Positions 24,087-34,585 of a stretch of DNA of 64,000 bases are shown here, piece by piece. Source of the stretch: an uncultured Candidatus Saccharibacteria bacterium (GTDB lineage: Bacteria > Patescibacteriota > Saccharimonadia > Saccharimonadales > CAYOYH01); the NCBI GenBank assembly GCA_964579475.1, contig CAZOFP010000004.1, forward strand, positions 904 through 64,903. The letters are read 5' to 3'. The notes under the pieces are model-generated. The model did not search any database. It was not told where the DNA came from and saw nothing but the letters and a program-made list of their open reading frames with translations. The position numbers and the translations under genes were made by a program. Position 1 is the stretch's first letter. The number at the start of each line of letters is the position of its first letter.

Positions 24087-25874
24087 GTGAAACAAATTTG
24101 GAAGATTATTGCCTATAGCCGGGAGCTGTGGCCGTATTATGCGGCGATTGGTTTTTTTACGGTGGTTTTGGCTCTTTTGAACCAGGTTCAGCCAATATTT
24201 ATAAAACAAATCGTTGATGCGGTTGTTGGCAGTATCGAAGGTGTAGACGTAGATGTTCGTTCAGTAGCGATTTTTGTCTTTTTGATATTTGCCGCAGACG
24301 TTGGCGTAACGCTTCTGTCAAATGTGTCAGGTTATCTGGGTGATGTGATGGCCGCAAAACTGAAGCGGTTTTTGAGCTTTAAATACTACGAGCATTTGCT
24401 TGAGTTGCCGCAGTCGTACTTCGACCAAGAGAAAACAGGCAAGATTATCAACCGTCTGAATCGAACCATAACCGAGCTGACCCGTTTCCTAAATCTGCTG
24501 GCTAACAACCTTTTACAATTTGTAGTTACTACAGTGTTCACTCTCGTAATTGTCGCCTATTTCTCTTGGCCGGTGGCTCTGCTGTTGGGTTCGCTATATC
24601 CGATATTCATATATATGACAGCTCGCACTTCTATGGCTTGGCAACGGCACCAAGAAGCAATTAACGACAACGCCGACAGTGCAACGGGTCGTTTCGCAGA
24701 GAGCATTTCGCAGGTCAAAGCGGTAAAAGCCTATTCCAATGAAGGTTACGAGCTAAAGAATTTTGATCGCCGTTTTAGCAAAATAATCGAAATAACTAAA
24801 AAACAATCACTGGGCTGGCACCAAAGAGACATCGGCAGGCGTCTGGTGTTAAACGTCATCTTCCTGTTTATCTATGGGTTTATTTTTATGCAAGGTGTCA
24901 ACGAGACGCTCAGCGTCGGCGAAATGATTTTGTTGATACAGTATGCAGCTCTGATAAGGCTGCCGTTGTTTTCAATGAGCTTCTTGGTGGATAGCACCCA
25001 AAGAGCTGTTGCTGGAAGCAAGGACTTTTTCGAAGCGATGGCGATTGAGCCAGAGATAAAAGATATCAACAATGCCAATAATCTAGACATTAGGTCACCA
25101 AAAGTTGAGTTTCGAGACGTTAACTTTTCGTACGACAAGGGCAAGGATGTGCTTAGGGGTATTTCATTTACTATTGAGCCAGACACCAAACTTGCTCTGG
25201 TCGGGGAGAGCGGCGAAGGAAAGACAACCATCTCGAATTTGCTGCTTAGACTGTATGACCCCACAAGTGGCGCAATACTGATTGATGGACAGGATATTGC
25301 CAAAGTCAAACAAAAATCGCTTCGTTCAAACATTGGAATAGTTTTTCAGGAACCAGCACTGTTTTCCGGTACGATTCGGGAAAACATTATGTATGGTAAG
25401 TTTAGTGCTAGCGAGAAGCAGATGATTAAAGCCGCCAAGGCCGCCAACGCTCATGGATTTATTAAGGAGTTTAAGGATGGTTATAACACCGAGATTGGCG
25501 AACACGGCTTGAAACTCTCGGGTGGTCAGAAACAAAGAGTAGCCATTGCCCGCGCCATCTTAAAAGACCCGCCAGTTCTAATCTTGGACGAGGCAACCAG
25601 TTCGCTAGACTCGAAAGCCGAGGCTCAGGTTCAAGAGGCATTGACTCGGTTAATGAAAGGCAGGACGACAATGATTATCGCTCATAGACTGTCAACTATC
25701 GCGCATGTCGAGACTATCGTCACACTGAAAAAAGGCAAGGTTGACGAAATCGGTTCGCCCACAGAACTGGCAAAAACTAATGGTATTTATGCCAAGTTGT
25801 TAAAACTTCAAAACACACCGCCAGAAGAACTGAAGCAGGCTTTGAGCCAATACGATTTAGTTCGTGAGAGGTAG
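24087..25874 (+). CDS. ABC exporter, fused permease/ATPase (MsbA/type I exporter-like)
   Basis: 595 aa. Six N-terminal TM helices, Walker A GESGEGKTT, signature LSGGQKQR, Walker B ILILDEATS. GTG start. Confidence 0.85.
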   Translation: MKQIWKIIAYSRELWPYYAAIGFFTVVLALLNQVQPIFIKQIVDAVVGSIEGVDVDVRSVAIFVFLIFAADVGVTLLSNVSGYLGDVMAAKLKRFLSFKYYEHLLELPQSYFDQEKTGKIINRLNRTITELTRFLNLLANNLLQFVVTTVFTLVIVAYFSWPVALLLGSLYPIFIYMTARTSMAWQRHQEAINDNADSATGRFAESISQVKAVKAYSNEGYELKNFDRRFSKIIEITKKQSLGWHQRDIGRRLVLNVIFLFIYGFIFMQGVNETLSVGEMILLIQYAALIRLPLFSMSFLVDSTQRAVAGSKDFFEAMAIEPEIKDINNANNLDIRSPKVEFRDVNFSYDKGKDVLRGISFTIEPDTKLALVGESGEGKTTISNLLLRLYDPTSGAILIDGQDIAKVKQKSLRSNIGIVFQEPALFSGTIRENIMYGKFSASEKQMIKAAKAANAHGFIKEFKDGYNTEIGEHGLKLSGGQKQRVAIARAILKDPPVLILDEATSSLDSKAEAQVQEALTRLMKGRTTMIIAHRLSTIAHVETIVTLKKGKVDEIGSPTELAKTNGIYAKLLKLQNTPPEELKQALSQYDLVRER

Positions 25875-25917
25875 TGCTGTAGAATAAATTGAAAACGTTC
25901 GGAGGGAAGATACCAAG

Positions 25918-28653
25918 ATGTCAAAAAACAGTGACAATATAGACAATTCCAGGATTCGTAATTTGCTAGCGTCCATTAGTTTATTTTTCTTTAGGCACAA
26001 GTTTTTGTCTACGATTCTGCTGTTGACCATACTCATTTTTGGGGGGCTAAGTTACACGACCCTTCTAAAACGGGAAGGTTTTCCGACTATTGATGTTCCG
26101 ATAACTCTAGTCAAAGGTGTCTACTTAGTAAACGACGCGAAGGTTGTAGACACCCAGGCAGCTATACCTGTAGCCAAGACACTGGGTGAGCTTGAAGGTG
26201 TTGAGTCTGTGGTTACTAGTGCGCAGAGCAACTTCTTCACGGCGATCGTCTTTACCGATGATTCCATGACCGCCGACGAAGCAATCGAGAGAATTTCTAT
26301 AGCTGTAAGTCAAGAGGCCGGACTGCCACCGCAGGTGCAGATTGATGTCGAGCCGATAAACCCGTCGAAATATTATAATAAATATGACGCGTTGGTTGCG
26401 ATATATAGCCCAGATGAATCAAAGAATCTAGCTGAACTAACAGAGGCAGCAAAATATGTAGCTGAGAAGTTGCCACACACTAACAACATCAGTGAAGCAG
26501 TAGCAATCGAGCAGGTCTCTAAAGGAAGAAACCCTAGTACAGGACAACCAGTTGTTCAGCAGACTTCATACGGGAGAATTGGAGAATTTAACGCAAACGG
26601 TGAATTTATTCTATACGAAGCAGTGAACATCGGAGTGTTAGCCAACGAAGATGTGGGGACTTTGGAGCTTGCCGATGCCATGGGCGTGGCGCTTAGTGAA
26701 ATCAACCAAGCTCCCGAACTCGAGGGGGCGGTGGCTGTCGTCTCGGCAGACGAATCGCGAGTTATTGAAAGCCAGATTAGTTCGCTTCAGAGCAACATGC
26801 TAACGGCACTTTTGGCAGTGGCTTTCATAACGTTCTTGTTTATTTCTTGGCGGGCTTCGCTGACGACTGCAGTGTTCATGGTGGCGGTGATGAGCGCCAC
26901 GCTAGCAATTTTACTGATTATTGGCTATACACTGAACACAATTGTACTGTTTGGACTGGTTCTAGCTCTGGGACTCTTTGTAGATGACGCCACGATTATT
27001 ACCGAAGCGATAGATGCAGACAAAGAAGAGAAGAGTCCTGAGAGAACTATCAAAAATTCTATATTCAAAGTCGCCATGGCCAGCTTTGCAGGCACATTCA
27101 CTACGGTTTTAGTATTTATGCCACTTCTGTTTTTGTCAGGAATTTTGGGTGAGTTCATTCGCCTACTTCCGATAACTGTGATTATCGCCTTGGTAGTTTC
27201 GTTGACGCTTTCGCTGACGCTAATTCCGTTTCTCTCGCGCTATACGTTGCTGTCGAAATCGAGCATTAAACGTATTGGTAAGTACAGTTTTGTCAACAAA
27301 GGTGAGCTTGCGTTAGCCAGGTTCTTCTCGGGCATACCAATGCTACTTAAAAAACGCCGAAGGCTGGGTCTTGCGGTGGCTACGGTGATGGTGGGTATAA
27401 GTATTCTGTCGGTGGTTGGTGCAGTAAAACTAGCTAAGGGGCTTGATTTCAACATTTTCCCCCAGGCAGACGACAGTGATGATATCGCATTGAGTATTTC
27501 GTACTTGCCGAACACTCCACTGAGCCAGGCTCAGGTAATTGCCGATGAGCTGAGTGCCCAGGTATCAGAGCTGATTGGCGATGATATCTTAGTGGGAATG
27601 ACGTATGGTATGAAAGTTCAACCGAGCAACAGGTTGACAGAAGTAATTTTTGAACTGACACCATTCAGAGAACGTTCAATCACCAGTCAGCAACTACTGA
27701 GCAAAATCGACGCCAACCTGGATGGCTACAGCCAGGCAAGCGTCAGAACCTACCAGATTGGAGCCGGACCTCCGTCTGAGGAAACACCTTTTAAGATGCA
27801 GATTTTCGGTGAAGATACTGTCCGGGCAGCGGTTCTTGGCAATGATATTGTTAAATTTCTAGACGGGGCGCAGGTAACCATGGCCAACGGTAAGACAGCG
27901 AATATTACTAAAGTATCCCTGGCTAACGCTGAGCTATACGAGAGAGTCAACGGTAAGAGATACGTTGAGGTGCGCGCTGGATATGATGAAAATAACGTTT
28001 CGGCATTGGTCGAAGCGACGCAAAAAATGGTCGAAGAGGAATTTGGTGAGTCAGAGTTAAATAATTATGGGTTTAGTTACGAGGACGAAAGCGTGACCTT
28101 TGACTTTGGCCAGGAGTCGGACAATGCTGAATCGTTTAGTTCGGTGCTGTTGATTATACCTATAGCACTAGGGTTGATGTTCGTTCTGCTGGCTCTGCAG
28201 TTTCGCTCGATAATCAAACCATTGATAATATTTATCGCCATACCATTTAGTCTCTTTGGGGTGTTCTTTGGTCTAACTGTGACGGGCAACCCGATGAGCT
28301 TCTTCGTAGTGATTGGTTTGATTGGTCTGATTGGTATTGTAGTGAACAACGCCATTTTAATGGTCGACTACGCCAACCAAGAGCGTGAACAAGGCAAAGA
28401 CGCCGTCGAAGCGGTGTCGATTGCGCTCAAGGAGCGCTTCCGACCACTAATCACCACGACGACGATAACCGTTGTAGCTTTGCTACCTTTGGCTGTGTAT
28501 GATCCGTTTTGGGAGCCACTGGCAGTGACGATTATGTTTGGATTAATCAGCGCGACACTGTTAGTAATAGTCGCCTTCCCGTATTATTACGTCATGGCTG
28601 ACAACACTGGTTCCTGGATAAACCGACAAACTAAACGCATTTTTAGGCGTTAG
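25918..28653 (+). CDS. RND-superfamily transporter permease (AcrB/HAE-like)
   Basis: 911 aa. Two-fold TM1-large loop-TM2-6 layout. N-terminus LKREGFPTIDVP and motifs LVLALGLFVDDATIITE and GLIGIVVNNAILMVDY are typical of RND pumps. Confidence 0.75.
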   Translation: MSKNSDNIDNSRIRNLLASISLFFFRHKFLSTILLLTILIFGGLSYTTLLKREGFPTIDVPITLVKGVYLVNDAKVVDTQAAIPVAKTLGELEGVESVVTSAQSNFFTAIVFTDDSMTADEAIERISIAVSQEAGLPPQVQIDVEPINPSKYYNKYDALVAIYSPDESKNLAELTEAAKYVAEKLPHTNNISEAVAIEQVSKGRNPSTGQPVVQQTSYGRIGEFNANGEFILYEAVNIGVLANEDVGTLELADAMGVALSEINQAPELEGAVAVVSADESRVIESQISSLQSNMLTALLAVAFITFLFISWRASLTTAVFMVAVMSATLAILLIIGYTLNTIVLFGLVLALGLFVDDATIITEAIDADKEEKSPERTIKNSIFKVAMASFAGTFTTVLVFMPLLFLSGILGEFIRLLPITVIIALVVSLTLSLTLIPFLSRYTLLSKSSIKRIGKYSFVNKGELALARFFSGIPMLLKKRRRLGLAVATVMVGISILSVVGAVKLAKGLDFNIFPQADDSDDIALSISYLPNTPLSQAQVIADELSAQVSELIGDDILVGMTYGMKVQPSNRLTEVIFELTPFRERSITSQQLLSKIDANLDGYSQASVRTYQIGAGPPSEETPFKMQIFGEDTVRAAVLGNDIVKFLDGAQVTMANGKTANITKVSLANAELYERVNGKRYVEVRAGYDENNVSALVEATQKMVEEEFGESELNNYGFSYEDESVTFDFGQESDNAESFSSVLLIIPIALGLMFVLLALQFRSIIKPLIIFIAIPFSLFGVFFGLTVTGNPMSFFVVIGLIGLIGIVVNNAILMVDYANQEREQGKDAVEAVSIALKERFRPLITTTTITVVALLPLAVYDPFWEPLAVTIMFGLISATLLVIVAFPYYYVMADNTGSWINRQTKRIFRR

Positions 28654-28654
28654 C

Positions 28655-29110
28655 ATGAGGCGCGTCGCCCGAGCTATCATTATCAGAGGCGACCAACTTC
28701 TAGTGATGAAGCGCGACAAGTACGGTGAGAAGTTCTTTACTTTGCCCGGTGGCGGTATTGACCCAGGTGAGACTGCTCAGCAAGCCGCAGAGCGAGAAGT
28801 CAGAGAGGAGGCTTCTGTTGATTGCAAGGCAACGCGCGAGGTCTATCATGAGCGAACCGAAGAATTCGGCGAGACCTACTACTTTCTTTGCGACTATCTC
28901 TCTGGCGAACCAGCGCTTGATCCAAAATCCGAAGAAGCCATCGAAAGCGCGAAAGGCGAAAACGTTTTCCAGCCTATGTGGTTGGAAATACGATCCTTGG
29001 AGGATTCGGTCTTCTATCCACGCAACGTGGCGCATAAGCTTGAAAAGGATTTAGAAGAAGGCTTCAGTGAGCAAGTGATTAAATTAACAGGTACAAAAAA
29101 GAGTCTGTGA
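28655..29110 (+). CDS. NUDIX hydrolase
   Basis: Nudix box GGGIDPGETAQQAAEREVREEASV. Confidence 0.85.
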   Translation: MRRVARAIIIRGDQLLVMKRDKYGEKFFTLPGGGIDPGETAQQAAEREVREEASVDCKATREVYHERTEEFGETYYFLCDYLSGEPALDPKSEEAIESAKGENVFQPMWLEIRSLEDSVFYPRNVAHKLEKDLEEGFSEQVIKLTGTKKSL

Positions 29111-29406
29111 TGTCTGGTATGAATTCGAAGCAAATAGTCTTAACAATTGGCGTGTTGTTTGTATTTATCGGTCTGGCTGGTTTGCTAGGCGCAGGTGACA
29201 ACGCGGTTATTCCGACTAGTGGCAACAATCGTGGAAACACCTCTACGCTTGAGGTCAGAAAAGGCAACAATCTACCGGCTTCAACCATCAACTTGATTCA
29301 GGGCTCGAGCAGTTTGCAGAGTCAGGGTTCTCAACCACAGAGTGGCAACGCTGGTAGCCAGCTACAGCCAAACGCAGGCGCAGATAGTCTACCAAAGAAT
29401 TATTGA
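29110..29406 (+). CDS. Small membrane-anchored Q/S/G/N-rich protein
   Basis: TGATG overlap with the NUDIX stop. One N-terminal TM (IVLTIGVLFVFIGLAGLLGA). Low-complexity tail. Confidence 0.4.
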   Translation: MSGMNSKQIVLTIGVLFVFIGLAGLLGAGDNAVIPTSGNNRGNTSTLEVRKGNNLPASTINLIQGSSSLQSQGSQPQSGNAGSQLQPNAGADSLPKNY

Positions 29407-29477
29407 TAAAGTTGTTTGCTAGCTCGCCGTAGCGCGATATAATACTTGGAGTTTTCAAGTAAGTGAGGGAAATAGAA

Positions 29478-29987
29478 ATGACGAAACAGCAGTTTTTTAT
29501 TTATTTTTTAGTGGGCTTAATGGTGTTTAGTGCGATTGGTACTGGAATTTTATTGTTAAGCCAAGGAAGCGGCACATCGATTGGTTCACAGGCTACAGAT
29601 ATTAGTAACCAAGCAGCAAAACAGGAGGATAATGTGGACAGATATCTACCAAAAGGCTCAGTAACAACTCTAACTACCGAGGATTTAGTGGTTGGAACAG
29701 GCAAGGCGGTAGAGGTTACCGATATTGTGACAGTTCACTATACAGGTTGGCTAGCATCAGACGGTACGGTCTTTGATAGCTCAGTTGAAAGAGGTGAACC
29801 AGCAACCTTTCCACTCAATCAAGTTATTCAAGGCTGGCAAGAAGGTATTCCCGGTATGAAAGTTGGCGGCAAAAGACGCCTCGTGATTCCGTCAGATTTG
29901 GCATATGGCCCTGGCGGTACCCCAGATGGTTCAATACCGCCAAATTCAGCACTAGTATTTGAAGTAGAGCTGCTAGATATTCAATAA
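29478..29987 (+). CDS. FKBP-type peptidyl-prolyl cis-trans isomerase with N-terminal membrane anchor
   Basis: [19 protein letters not shown]...[36 protein letters not shown] before the ATG at 29478. Confidence 0.85.
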   Translation: MTKQQFFIYFLVGLMVFSAIGTGILLLSQGSGTSIGSQATDISNQAAKQEDNVDRYLPKGSVTTLTTEDLVVGTGKAVEVTDIVTVHYTGWLASDGTVFDSSVERGEPATFPLNQVIQGWQEGIPGMKVGGKRRLVIPSDLAYGPGGTPDGSIPPNSALVFEVELLDIQ

Positions 29988-30063
29988 TCACTGTATATAG
30001 CGTTCGGACTTGACTAACCTACACTAGCGATATAAAATATAAAGTAACGAAAAAGGAACAAAA

Positions 30064-30312
30064 ATGTCCAAAAAAATCACTATCTACACGACTAACACCT
30101 GTGCTTACTGCGTCATGGTAAAGAAGTTTTTGAAGATAAAAGGCCATGAATTTAATGAAGTTAATTTGGATGAACACCCAGAACGACGACAAGAAGCTGT
30201 CGATCTTAGCGGCGTTATGACTGTGCCAGTGACAGTCATTGAAAACGGAGACGGAATTAAGGACGTAACCGTTGGTTATAATCCATCTCAGCTTTCCTCC
30301 GCCTTAGCCTAG
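30064..30312 (+). CDS. Glutaredoxin-like / NrdH-like small redoxin
   Basis: 82 aa. CAYC active site near the N-terminus and TVP cis-Pro motif. Confidence 0.75.
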   Translation: MSKKITIYTTNTCAYCVMVKKFLKIKGHEFNEVNLDEHPERRQEAVDLSGVMTVPVTVIENGDGIKDVTVGYNPSQLSSALA

Positions 30313-30383
30313 AGTTAAGTATTTACTTAAACACGATATTTGATACAATACCTCAGATTTAATAGTAAAAAGGAAAATGTCTA

Positions 30384-31316
30384 ATGTCCGAAAACGCAAA
30401 AGAACATGATGTAGTAATGGTAGGCGCTGGGCCGTCGGCTTTGGCGGCGGCGGTGTATACAACCAGAGAGAAGATTGATACGGTTTTGCTTGAAAAAGGC
30501 GTTATCGGTGGGTTGGCAGCTATAACCGATATGGTGGATAATTATCCAGGGTTTGAAAAAGGTATCGAAGGTTTGAAGCTGGCCGGGAAGTTACAGGCGC
30601 AAGCTGAACGTTTTGGCGCTAAGATTGAACTAGGCGAGGTGAAGAGCCTTGAAAAAGACGGCGACCGTATTCGGGTAGAGACCTACGATGGCGACTATCT
30701 GGCCAAGGCTGTGCTCATAGCTACTGGAAGCGACTACCACAAATTAGGCATACCTGGCGAGAAGGAATATTACGGGCGAGGCGTGCATTACTGTGCGACC
30801 TGCGACGGAGCTTTCTATAAAGACAAGAAATTAGTTGTTGTCGGCGGCGGCAACTCAGCGGTTCAAGAAGCGTTATTTTTGACCCGTTTTGCTAGCAAGA
30901 TAGATATGCTAGTGCGTTCCGAACTGAGAGCTTCAGAAGTACTCATAGATAAACTTAAAGAAGAAGATAAGATTACCGTTCATCTCGGAACAACTACCGA
31001 TGAGATTGTTGCTGGCGAGGACGGCATGGTGCAAAAGGTTATCGGAACCGAAAAAGAATCGGGTGAAAAACGAGAGTTCTTAACAGACGGCGTGTTCATC
31101 TTTGTCGGTCTTGACCCAAACACCAAGTTTTTGAAAGGCAGCAACATCGAACTCGATGAAGTCGGCTTTATTAAGACCGATGCAAATCTGATGACGAATA
31201 TGAAAGGTGTCTTTGCCTCGGGCGACGTCCGAAGCGGCGCTACCATGCAAATAGCCTCGGCTGTTGGTGAAGGCGCCACAGCTGCGCTGAAAATCCGTGA
31301 ATATATAGAAGACTAA
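30384..31316 (+). CDS. trxB: Thioredoxin-disulfide reductase
   Basis: GAGPSALAAAVY FAD motif, CATCDG redox centre and GGGNSAVQEA NADPH motif. Confidence 0.9.
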   Translation: MSENAKEHDVVMVGAGPSALAAAVYTTREKIDTVLLEKGVIGGLAAITDMVDNYPGFEKGIEGLKLAGKLQAQAERFGAKIELGEVKSLEKDGDRIRVETYDGDYLAKAVLIATGSDYHKLGIPGEKEYYGRGVHYCATCDGAFYKDKKLVVVGGGNSAVQEALFLTRFASKIDMLVRSELRASEVLIDKLKEEDKITVHLGTTTDEIVAGEDGMVQKVIGTEKESGEKREFLTDGVFIFVGLDPNTKFLKGSNIELDEVGFIKTDANLMTNMKGVFASGDVRSGATMQIASAVGEGATAALKIREYIED

Positions 31317-31514
31317 ACTATGTAATCTCGAACCAGTGGAAGCTTTTATATCTATACTTATGATTGCAGATTTGATAATACAGCTTCAGAATTAATTCTG
31401 AAGGTAGAAGTAAAAAAGAGAAGTTTGAGACGTGATTAGTGATGCGCTAGGTCATGCTTATGCTTGTATTTTGGCCAAAATATTGACATGATGTGAAAAT
31501 TATGAAGTTATTTG

Positions 31515-32438
31515 ATGCGTAGAAATGATGGTCTACCAGATGAGCTGGTAACCCAAATAATTTTCAATTCTGTTGAGGTTGATGGCAACCACCAACCTTA
31601 TTTAAGCAGTATTCAACTAGATCCTGAAACCTACAGTTTCATTGGTGACGCAAAACTGAGCGAAGCAACGTTAGCACACGATGTGATACAGCATATAACT
31701 AAGGAGTACTTTGAGAACGAGAAGTCAGTTAGTAAAATGCCCCTGGTTGTTTACCAATTATGGAATGCACTAGATTGGCGCAAACCACATGATGAGCCCG
31801 AATCAGCACAACGTTTTGTATTTAAGCTTCAGGAAGAGTTGTTTGAATGTCTGGAGGCTTTTGAGGAAATGCAAGCTAATCTAGGTTCGAAGGAGCACAC
31901 TGACGAATTTGTAAGTGAACTAGGTGATGTCCTTTTTTGCGCTACGGCTTGCGCGACCATTGCTAGAGCTGACATAGAAAAGGGCACTTCTCATCAAATG
32001 TTGGAGATTTATGGGCAAGCGGTTCGCTATCCTTCACTTAGCCACATCGACGAAGAGGTGAAGAAAGGCATAGAAAGGCGTGATGAGCTATTTCCTAGAG
32101 GTCAGTTTCCTTATATAGTCGAGAGCTTAGTAAATCACGAAGACGATATTGATTTGGAATTGATGCCAAACCAAACATTGCCACATATCTGTATCATGTT
32201 ATCAAACGCCATTAGTCCTGTAGCAGAAGCGGACAGATTGGCAGGACACGGTATAGGAAATTACAAAGTAGTCGAGGAGTTGTGCGGTAAATTGAATTTG
32301 TTCGTTTCCCTTTATGCCCAGTATTACGCTGAATCTAGTCTTGAAGAAGTGGTGACGAAGAATATCTCAAAAATTTCAGGGAGAGTAGTGCAGGGGTCTC
32401 TTGAAGATCGAAGCCTGCGAAGCGAAGATACTCTATAG
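31515..32438 (+). CDS. Hypothetical protein with MazG-like all-alpha NTP-pyrophosphohydrolase signature
   Basis: LQEELFECLEAFEE ... SELGDVLF (ExxE...ExxD pattern). The rest is unrecognised. Confidence 0.45.
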   Translation: MRRNDGLPDELVTQIIFNSVEVDGNHQPYLSSIQLDPETYSFIGDAKLSEATLAHDVIQHITKEYFENEKSVSKMPLVVYQLWNALDWRKPHDEPESAQRFVFKLQEELFECLEAFEEMQANLGSKEHTDEFVSELGDVLFCATACATIARADIEKGTSHQMLEIYGQAVRYPSLSHIDEEVKKGIERRDELFPRGQFPYIVESLVNHEDDIDLELMPNQTLPHICIMLSNAISPVAEADRLAGHGIGNYKVVEELCGKLNLFVSLYAQYYAESSLEEVVTKNISKISGRVVQGSLEDRSLRSEDTL

Positions 32439-32508
32439 TGTGCCGCGTGACATGACCAACTATAGACCTTAGGTGTAAAATGTAAGTGTTAAGTGGGGGA
32501 GCTTGGCA

Positions 32509-33075
32509 ATGAGTAGGATTGATGAAGCATTTCGATCAGTAAACAGGAAAAACTTTCTACCAGAGGCAGTGGCTGAAAGGTGGCAAGAAGACACGGCACT
32601 ACCCATAGGCTATGGACAAACTAATTCTCAACCATACACTGTCCATACGATGCTGGAGTGGCTGGACGCTAAGAGAGGTGACAAAGTCCTAGACGTAGGT
32701 TCGGGTTCTGGGTGGACGTCGGCTCTTTTGGCACATATAGTCGGCAAAACAGGAAAAATCTATGCGGTTGAGCGAATTCCAGAGCTAGTGGAGTTTGGTC
32801 GAGAGAACTGTGAACGAGCAGGCGTGAAGAACGTTTATTCTTTTCAGGCAGGCAAGATTTTTGGTCTGCCCGAGAAAGCTCCGTATGACCGAATACTTGT
32901 TAGTGCTACCAGTGAAGAGTTGCCAGAAGAACTGCTCAGTCAACTTAAGATTGGTGGCAAATTAGTAATTCCCGTGCTCGATGATATACAGGTGATTACC
33001 CGAATAGACGAAACTGAATACGAAAGGTTAACTCACCCTGGGTTTATCTTTGTGCCACTAATTCGTGAGTATTGA
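32509..33075 (+). CDS. pcm: Protein-L-isoaspartate O-methyltransferase
   Basis: FLPE..., GYGQTNSQPYTV and SAM motif VLDVGSGSGWTSALLA. GGGGGAG SD before the ATG at 32509. Confidence 0.8.
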   Translation: MSRIDEAFRSVNRKNFLPEAVAERWQEDTALPIGYGQTNSQPYTVHTMLEWLDAKRGDKVLDVGSGSGWTSALLAHIVGKTGKIYAVERIPELVEFGRENCERAGVKNVYSFQAGKIFGLPEKAPYDRILVSATSEELPEELLSQLKIGGKLVIPVLDDIQVITRIDETEYERLTHPGFIFVPLIREY

Positions 33076-33180
33076 ACAGTTGTCCAAGTAGCCTGTTCGT
33101 GGTGTTTCCCGTAATCTAGCTTCTAGAAAGAAGCGAGCCGATAATTTGAATCGACTACTACCTCTGTTATAGTTGATTGG

Positions 33181-33777
33181 ATGATAAAATATACACAGAG
33201 ATTAGATAGGGCAATAAAAACAGCAGCTTGGGCGCACGAGCAAGTGGGGCAACACAGAAAGGGTGGCAAAGATATTCCTTATGTCATTCACCCTTTTGGA
33301 GTGATGGTGGTTGCATCAAACGTAACGGATGATGAAGATGTATTAATCGCTTGCTTGTTTCACGACATCTTGGAAGATGTCACTACAAAAAACCCAGAAA
33401 TCTACAACGAAGATAAAATGCGTGCCGAATTTGGCGAGCATGTTTTAGGCATAGTTAAAGATGTGACCAAAGATGAGTCGAAGGCTGATTGGAAAGAGCG
33501 TTCGGAGGCTTATTTGCATCGTCTGCGACACAGTGCGAGTGACGAAGCGGTCATTGTTAGCGGTGCGGATAAGATTCACAATCTAATGTCTATCGTTGAC
33601 GACTACGAAAATGTAGGCGACGAGCTTTGGGACATATTCACGACCAAGAGCAAGCAAGACCAAATATGGTGGTATGAATCGATAAATGAAGTTTTACGAG
33701 GAAGACAAGCACCCGAGGAGTTAGTGTCTCGATTAGATATATTGATTGAACAAATAAAGAAGCCTGTAACGAAGTAA
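33181..33777 (+). CDS. HD-domain phosphohydrolase, SpoT/RelA-hydrolase-like (small alarmone hydrolase-like)
   Basis: AAWAHEQVGQHRKGGKDIPYVIHPFGV and LFHDILEDV. TTGAAT-16 nt-TATAGT lies 7 nt upstream of the ATG. Confidence 0.7.
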   Translation: MIKYTQRLDRAIKTAAWAHEQVGQHRKGGKDIPYVIHPFGVMVVASNVTDDEDVLIACLFHDILEDVTTKNPEIYNEDKMRAEFGEHVLGIVKDVTKDESKADWKERSEAYLHRLRHSASDEAVIVSGADKIHNLMSIVDDYENVGDELWDIFTTKSKQDQIWWYESINEVLRGRQAPEELVSRLDILIEQIKKPVTK

Positions 33778-33787
33778 GCTATGGAGC

Positions 33788-34585
33788 TTAGACAGTACTG
33801 CGGTATTTTTGAATGGCGACCGGGACAGCTACGGCAAGGATTACTATCGTCCAAACAAGTGTTTTCCAAACTGAATCTAGTGCACCGCCCTGGGTTAGAG
33901 CCCGCACGGCATCGGCCGCATGACTGACAGGCTGATTAGTGGCGAAACCCTGGAGCCAGCTAGGCATGGTTTCCGGTGGCACGAATATACTGCTGGCAAA
34001 GGTCAGCGGAAAGACAATCATAAAGCCGAGGACTTGAGCTGTTTCGCTGTCCTTGGTAAACAAGCCAAATAACGATGCTACCCATGAGAATGCAAAACTG
34101 AACACTAGAACTAGAGGAATTGTCCAAATAGCGACGAACCAGTCGTTGTGTATCCTGAAACCTATTAACAAACCTACCAAAATCATCAGTAGCACCACTA
34201 AGATGTTACGCATGGTGTCAGCGAAGACACGGCCAGCGATGTGCGCCACTCGGCTCATCGGTAGACTACGGAAGCGATCAACGACACCTTTTTGTAAATC
34301 TTCTGCCAAGCCAACTCCAGTTTGGATTGAGCCAAAGAGGGTGGTTTGCACCAAGATGCCTGGTAGCAAGAAATTAATGTACGCCGAACCATTACCTTGG
34401 CTTACGGCGCCGCCAAAGACGTAATTGAAGAGCAAAAGGAAGATTATCGGCTGGATGGTTGAGAAGAAAATCAACTGAGGTAGACGATAATTTCTGAGAA
34501 TATTACGCTTGGTCATAGTCACCGTGTCTTTGAAGGCGAAAACTAGCTGCTTACTGATTGAAAGGTGATAATTCTTTGCAGTCAT
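33788..34585 (-). CDS. ABC-2 type exporter permease (DrrB-like)
   Basis: 265 aa, six TM segments. ATGA overlap with the upstream ATPase gene. Confidence 0.75.
   Translation of the reverse strand: MTAKNYHLSISKQLVFAFKDTVTMTKRNILRNYRLPQLIFFSTIQPIIFLLLFNYVFGGAVSQGNGSAYINFLLPGILVQTTLFGSIQTGVGLAEDLQKGVVDRFRSLPMSRVAHIAGRVFADTMRNILVVLLMILVGLLIGFRIHNDWFVAIWTIPLVLVFSFAFSWVASLFGLFTKDSETAQVLGFMIVFPLTFASSIFVPPETMPSWLQGFATNQPVSHAADAVRALTQGGALDSVWKTLVWTIVILAVAVPVAIQKYRSTV

Noticed and set aside
24087-28653. The ABC exporter plus RND pump as a novel tripartite efflux system.
   Set aside because: No membrane-fusion or outer-membrane factor gene accompanies them. Stand-alone RND-superfamily proteins and MsbA-like exporters are common in monoderm bacteria, so the pairing alone is not unusual. 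Only the upstream attenuator-like leader was kept as a finding.
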